Assembly: GCA_002296285.1 (NCBI GenBank)
Contig: DBHX01000055.1
Location: 297 to 64,296 of the forward strand
DNA length: 64,000 nt
Reading direction: 5' to 3'
Source: a bacterium UBP8_UBA817
GTDB lineage: Bacteria; Margulisbacteria; Marinamargulisbacteria; UBA817
Shown here one piece after another: positions 59,080 to 64,000 of this stretch (position 1 is its first letter; every line of letters starts with the position of its first letter). Both the position numbers and the translations under genes were made by a program. The notes under the pieces are model-generated. The model had not been told where the DNA came from and ran no database searches. It saw only the letters and a list, made by a program, of their open reading frames with translations.

Positions 59080-59819
59080 GCAAGGTAAAAGTAATTGTAA
59101 ATGGTGCAAAAGGAAATATGGGGAAAGCATCGGTTCAAGCCATTGAAAATGATGGCGAGTTGGAGTGTGTTTCACAATGTGATGTTGGATCAAATTTAAT
59201 GGATGAAATTGCATCCAAATCCCCGGATGTCATTTTAGATTTTACGCATCCAAATGTTGTGTTCTCTAATACTAAGACCATTATTGAATCAGGCAAACGG
59301 GCGGTTGTTGGGACCACCGGTCTAACAGAAGTTCAGTTAAAAGAGTTGGATGAATTATCAAGAGCCAATAATACAGGTGTGTTGGTTTGCCCAAACTTTG
59401 CGATTGGTGCGGTTTTAATGATGCAGTTTGCGGCGCAGGCCTCAAAATATTTGCATGAAGTTGAAATTATTGAATACCATCATCCGTATAAAGCCGATGC
59501 CCCATCTGGGACAGCCATCAAAACAGTGGATATGATTCATGATGTATCCCCAAATGTTAATGAACATTTTGGTGATTTTAAGCAAACTGAGCTTATTGAA
59601 GGCTCAAAAGGTGGGTATTACAAAAATGTTCCAATTCATTCGGTTCGACTGGATAGTTATATTGCATCTCAGGAAGTGCTCATGGGATCTCCGGGGCAGC
59701 GCTTGACCATTCGTCACGATAGCATGGATCGCATGAGTTTTATGCCAGGGGTATGTTTGGCCATTAAAAAGTCAGTGGATGTTACGGGATTGGTCTACGG
59801 CTTAGAAAAAATACTGTAA
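59076..59819 (+). CDS. dapB: 4-hydroxy-tetrahydrodipicolinate reductase.
   Basis: An N-terminal NAD(P)-binding segment (KVIVNGAKGNMGK) and the DapB signature E(I/V)xExHHxxKxDAPSGTA, present as EIIEYHHPYKADAPSGTA. Confidence 0.92.
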   Translation: MSKVKVIVNGAKGNMGKASVQAIENDGELECVSQCDVGSNLMDEIASKSPDVILDFTHPNVVFSNTKTIIESGKRAVVGTTGLTEVQLKELDELSRANNTGVLVCPNFAIGAVLMMQFAAQASKYLHEVEIIEYHHPYKADAPSGTAIKTVDMIHDVSPNVNEHFGDFKQTELIEGSKGGYYKNVPIHSVRLDSYIASQEVLMGSPGQRLTIRHDSMDRMSFMPGVCLAIKKSVDVTGLVYGLEKIL

Positions 59820-59876
59820 GCAAATATTCTTTTATTCGGTTTGTTTGGGTTTGTAGTTAATGCTTTGAATGCATGC

Positions 59877-60533
59877 CTACGGAACCAATACCGCACTCAC
59901 TATTCGGTTTCTTAAGGAGTTACGATAAATGCTTTGGAATGTTTTTGGATTGCTCTTTATATGCTGATACAGGTCATTTAACTTTAAGGAACGGGCACTG
60001 GTTAAACCGGCCGCAGTATCGAATCCATTCGCTATCAGTCCGCTGAATAAAAATTGTGTTCCTAGTGATTGCATCCAATGATGATTAGAATTATATGACG
60101 TGCTGACCCCAGCCCAGTAGCAGGTTTCTCGGCATATTAATGGGATGATTAATGCCGAGGTTCTTGGATTTTTTGTAATGTGGTGCCGAGTGAAATACTC
60201 CATCATCAAGGGGCCCGTTGCAGCCATGAACGGAATGGCCATTTTTAACGGTTTGGATGGTGGGGATACACTTGATGCAATGTGACCACTGGTATTTGAA
60301 AGAACAAACCCAATGCCATACTGTGCAATTCCGTACTTTGAAATGGTTGCTTTGGGCCCTGCTTGAGTGATGGATTTTTGAATCAGTGGCCATAGACCGA
60401 TGAGTGAGTCGAAAATCCCAGCCAATGCAGCGCATTTGATTTCGGAATGTTTGCTTTTTTGGATGTTTCGAAGTTGATTACCAGCCCAGCTTTTATTGTA
60501 TAAATCATCGATTCTACTTTGAATAGCTTTCAT
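59877..60533 (-). CDS. Hypothetical protein.
   Basis: A 218-aa ORF with no recognisable motif and possibly membrane-associated segments. Confidence 0.35.
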   Translation of the reverse strand: MKAIQSRIDDLYNKSWAGNQLRNIQKSKHSEIKCAALAGIFDSLIGLWPLIQKSITQAGPKATISKYGIAQYGIGFVLSNTSGHIASSVSPPSKPLKMAIPFMAATGPLMMEYFTRHHITKNPRTSALIIPLICRETCYWAGVSTSYNSNHHWMQSLGTQFLFSGLIANGFDTAAGLTSARSLKLNDLYQHIKSNPKTFQSIYRNSLRNRIVSAVLVP

Positions 60534-60642
60534 GTGAAATTGATCTTAATCTACGTTAATTTATTTAATTCTTTAAATATTTTTTTAATTGCAAGATGAT
60601 GATTGAGATGAGTGTTTTGATGGGGTATGATGGATTCATATC

Positions 60643-61290
60643 ATGAACTATTTGCTACCATTTCGGTTTAATTATTTTTATCCAAAATTTAAAAAGCAAT
60701 CCATTACTATTTTGGATGTTGGGTGTGGAAATCAGTCCCCAACGGTGACCAAGAAGTATTTTCCCCATTGCGTTTATCATGGTGTGGATCGAGCCAATTA
60801 CAATAACAGTGATCAAGACATGGCATTAATGGATGCCTATTTTGAATTGGATTTAGAGACCAGTGCACTCGATGAACTGTCCGATAACTTTTATGATTTA
60901 ATTGTTTTGTCTCATGTCATTGAGCATATTGATAATGGCTTGGATGTTGTCGAGCGATTATCGAAAAAATTGAAATCAGGTGGGCATATTTATATTGAGT
61001 ATCCGTCATTGAAATCATTGCAATTGCCATCGGCACAGGGGTCCCTCCATTTTTGTGATGATGATACCCATAAGCGCTTGTATCATATGATGGATATTGC
61101 CAATCAATTAATGGCCAATGGCTGTCGCATTATTGTTGCTAAAACCAGGCGAAGTAAAATTCGGTTATTTTTATCCCCGATTGGTTTTGTTTTTAATATC
61201 TTTTATTTTTTATTGAAAGGTAACATTCATTCTTGGCTCATGTGGGACATCTTTGGTTTTGCTGAGTTTATCATTGCAAAGAAACATTAG
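60643..61290 (+). CDS. Class I SAM-dependent methyltransferase.
   Basis: Motif I is ILDVGCGNQSP and a post-I acidic residue is present. The protein is 215 aa. Confidence 0.6.
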   Translation: MNYLLPFRFNYFYPKFKKQSITILDVGCGNQSPTVTKKYFPHCVYHGVDRANYNNSDQDMALMDAYFELDLETSALDELSDNFYDLIVLSHVIEHIDNGLDVVERLSKKLKSGGHIYIEYPSLKSLQLPSAQGSLHFCDDDTHKRLYHMMDIANQLMANGCRIIVAKTRRSKIRLFLSPIGFVFNIFYFLLKGNIHSWLMWDIFGFAEFIIAKKH

Positions 61291-61361
61291 ACGGACGCTA
61301 ATATAGGTGACGATTGTGTTTGTTTGTGATAATTTATTCATAGATTAACTGAGGAGTTTTT

Positions 61362-62366
61362 ATGTCTAAAAAATATCGAGTTGGGGTGGTTGGCGCAACT
61401 GGTGTGGTTGGTCAAGAAATTATAAAAATTTTGGAAGCTAGAAAGTTTCCAGTTCAGTTATTGCGATGTTTTGCTTCTGAACGGTCCTTGGGTCAAACGG
61501 TTGAATTTAACGGTCAACGCATTGATGTTGAGGTGTTAAGCCAGGAAACATTGACCGATTTGGATTTTGCACTGTTTTCAGCGGGGTCTTCCATCTCGAA
61601 AGAATATTGTCCAATTGCTGCTGAGAGGGGGATTGTTTGTATTGATAATACGTCGCATTTTCGAATGGAAGAAGGCATTCCATTGGTAGTTCCAGAGGTA
61701 AATAAAGATGCATTAAAAAATCATAACAATATCATTGCCAATCCCAATTGTTCTACGGCACAAATGATGGTGGTATTAAAACCCATATTAGATGCGGTTG
61801 GTATTAAACGTGTGGTGGTATCCACCTATCAATCTGTTTCTGGTGCAGGGTCTTCGGCAATCAAAGAGTTGGAAGATCAATCCCGCGCGAATTTGTCCGG
61901 TCAAGAACTGGCACCGAAAGCGTTTAGCGCACCGATTGCCTTTAATGTGATTCCTCAGATTGATGTTTTTTTGGACAATGGATACACCAAAGAAGAAATA
62001 AAAATGATCAATGAAACAAAGAAGATATTGGGAAGTGACGATATAAAAGTAACTGCAACGACGGTTCGTGTTCCCGTTTTTGTGTCTCATAGTGAAGCCA
62101 TTAATATTGAAACTCAGCAATATTTATCAGCGGATGATGCCAGAAAATTATTGGCCAATACCCCTGGGGTAAAAGTTGTTGATGATCCAGAAAAATTAAA
62201 ATACCCAACCCCACGTGATGCGGCGGGTAAAGATGATGTTTTGGTGGGACGAATTCGTCAAGATGTTTCGATTGACAATGGCATTGAGCTTTGGTGTGTT
62301 GGTGATAATTTAAGAAAAGGTGCGGCCTTAAATGCGGTTCAAATTGCTGAAGCATTGATTGCGTGA
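61362..62366 (+). CDS. asd: Aspartate-semialdehyde dehydrogenase.
   Basis: An N-terminal Rossmann segment (RVGVVGATGVVGQEII), the active-site Cys context NPNCSTAQMMVVLKPI, and a C-terminal dimerisation domain. Confidence 0.92.
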   Translation: MSKKYRVGVVGATGVVGQEIIKILEARKFPVQLLRCFASERSLGQTVEFNGQRIDVEVLSQETLTDLDFALFSAGSSISKEYCPIAAERGIVCIDNTSHFRMEEGIPLVVPEVNKDALKNHNNIIANPNCSTAQMMVVLKPILDAVGIKRVVVSTYQSVSGAGSSAIKELEDQSRANLSGQELAPKAFSAPIAFNVIPQIDVFLDNGYTKEEIKMINETKKILGSDDIKVTATTVRVPVFVSHSEAINIETQQYLSADDARKLLANTPGVKVVDDPEKLKYPTPRDAAGKDDVLVGRIRQDVSIDNGIELWCVGDNLRKGAALNAVQIAEALIA

Positions 62367-62959
62367 GAACGGTACCCCATTCAGCCGTTGTTGATTATTA
62401 TAATGACTGTGCGTTAAGCATTAAGGATGATGCCAAGGCCATGGGCTGGTCATCGAGATTTAATCAACGATTGCGCTTTGACGTGTTTAATTACTTGGTT
62501 GATTTTACTGGGGTATCTGTATTGGATGTGGGTTGTGGGGATGGGGCCTTTTTTCATTATTTAGTGGATCAGGGGATGGATGGCGGTTATAAAGGTATCG
62601 ATATTTCCAAGCACATGGTTCAGCGGGCACATGCCCGTTACCCTGGGATTAATGTGCGTCAGGCTGATTTTTTTGATGTTCAGGATGATTATGATGTGGT
62701 GGTATGTTCGGGTGGATTGAGCATGTGTTTTGGGGATCCCATGCATTATTTATCGGCGGCGATTGATCAGTTGTTCTCTATTTCATCGTCTCATTTAGTA
62801 TTTAATTTACTGAGTGATCATGCCCCATCAACGTCCGATAAATTTAATCAGTATCACCCGGCCAGTGTATTGGATCTTTGTTTTAAGAAAACACCTTATG
62901 TTACCCTTCACCACGGTTACTTACCGAATGATTTTACATTGCATATGGTAAAAAGTTAA
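62363..62959 (+). CDS. Class I SAM-dependent methyltransferase.
   Basis: Motif I is VLDVGCGDGAF. The protein is 198 aa and its gene overlaps asd by 4 nt. Confidence 0.6.
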   Translation: MRTVPHSAVVDYYNDCALSIKDDAKAMGWSSRFNQRLRFDVFNYLVDFTGVSVLDVGCGDGAFFHYLVDQGMDGGYKGIDISKHMVQRAHARYPGINVRQADFFDVQDDYDVVVCSGGLSMCFGDPMHYLSAAIDQLFSISSSHLVFNLLSDHAPSTSDKFNQYHPASVLDLCFKKTPYVTLHHGYLPNDFTLHMVKS

Positions 62960-62965
62960 TCGATA

Positions 62966-63679
62966 TTATTTTTTTATAAATATTGCGTGTCCATTGATGT
63001 TATGAATAAACAAACGATCGTTTTTATCTTTCTCTTCGTTAACTAATTTAATAATGCCGCTGCAGTTTAGGGCCCCGTAATCATCAAAAACAATGATTCC
63101 GCCAGGAACTAGTTTTGGCCATATCCAATCCATAATGCTTTTTGCTGAATCATAAACATCAACATCAATATGGCAAAAACGAAAAACTTCATTTTGATCA
63201 ATTTGATGACTGGTTTCTTCTGGAAATACGCCTTCTAAGATTTTTGTGTTATTTAAGTTTAATTTTTTTAATAAATTTTCCACATCACTTTTTGATGTAT
63301 CCGAATGTTCTCCATCATAATAATTATTATCATTTTCTCCAGATTTAACGACGCCTTTAAATGTGTCACAAAGGTATACTTTGCTATTTGGGCAGTGTTT
63401 TTTTGATTGATATGCAATTAGTGCTCCGCTACCCCCTCGCCAAGTTCCTATTTCTATGATTTCACCGGACAGTTTTTTTGATTCTTTAATAAGATTCCAC
63501 AATTCGTAACACCGATGATAGGTTGAGAGTGTATTTAATTGGACTTTATTGTAAATCAAATTAAATTCTTCATTATTGAGCCAAGGTGTGTATTCATTTG
63601 TATTGATTAGCCCGATGTTTATCCTAAATTTTCGTGCCATTCTTTTTATTGGTTCTTTGATGTACGTTATTAATCGCAT
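62966..63679 (-). CDS. TylF/MycF-family O-methyltransferase (macrocin O-methyltransferase-like).
   Basis: The segments IIEIGTWRGGSGALIAY and CDTFKGV match the TylF family pattern (G.W.GGS...DTFeG). Confidence 0.65.
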   Translation of the reverse strand: MRLITYIKEPIKRMARKFRINIGLINTNEYTPWLNNEEFNLIYNKVQLNTLSTYHRCYELWNLIKESKKLSGEIIEIGTWRGGSGALIAYQSKKHCPNSKVYLCDTFKGVVKSGENDNNYYDGEHSDTSKSDVENLLKKLNLNNTKILEGVFPEETSHQIDQNEVFRFCHIDVDVYDSAKSIMDWIWPKLVPGGIIVFDDYGALNCSGIIKLVNEEKDKNDRLFIHNINGHAIFIKK

Positions 63680-64000
63680 GGTTATATCGTATTACAAATT
63701 CAACCCAATTAATAACTATTTCAAACATTAAAACGACGCCTTTTATTTGTTCAAACAATATGAGAACTTAAATTATAAATGGTTAAAGTGTGAATTATTT
63801 TAAAGGCTCTTTTTTTTAAGTGAATACCCGCACCCAGGCATCGTGGTTTGCCCGATTCGTTTTGACCTTGGGTATTCCCGGCAAATCAATGGCCGTCGCT
63901 AATAAATACTGCATTTTCCGTTCTTTAGGTAATTGCATGAGTAGATCATGATTTGATCATTTTTGTACCAACCTTTGAGTGTGAAATTGTATACAAATGT

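Overview
This 64-kb window comes from a low-GC (~40%) bacterial chromosome with a dense operon structure. Many stop/start overlaps (TGATG, TAATG, TAGTG) point to translational coupling. Housekeeping content is clear. There is a CIRCE-regulated hrcA-grpE-dnaK-dnaJ heat-shock operon at 1-5.7 kb. This is followed by tsaB, a BI-1/YccA-family membrane protein, rlmD, a Fic protein, a gamma-carbonic-anhydrase-like protein, yebC and panE. The right-hand third carries dxs, ispA, xseAB, pyrB plus an inactive dihydroorotase-like partner, dnaX-ybaB-recR, an R3H ATPase, tmk, dapB, asd and three SAM methyltransferases. The most striking feature occupies roughly 12-39 kb, about 40% of the window. A Ca-binding secreted protein with a T9SS/FlgD-Ig-like C-terminal domain is translationally coupled to a beta-rich envelope protein that ends in S-layer-homology (SLH) domains. 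Next comes panE, then a co-oriented array of four giant secreted fibre-like proteins of 916, 1908, 1874 and 1835 aa. The last three form an overlapping operon. Each ends in a phage tail-collar (T4 gp12/gp37-type receptor-binding) domain that carries greatly expanded HxH-rich inserts. This looks like a domesticated, phage-derived tail-fibre array, with no capsid, portal, sheath, tube or terminase genes in the window. I propose it as a diversified cell-surface attachment system. Immediately downstream (38.8-46.6 kb) lies an AT-rich island. It contains a small HTH protein with a palindromic operator, a secreted Cys-rich protein gene flanked by 23-bp direct repeats, and a textbook iteron-type replication origin next to a P4/D5-family SF3 helicase gene. 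The origin has six 11-bp phased TTGCCACC iterons, an AT-rich spacer and inverted GTGGCAA iterons. The island also holds a frameshifted FG-GAP repeat gene with a poly-A tract and four AT-rich genes of unclear function. No rRNA, tRNA or CRISPR was detected by eye.
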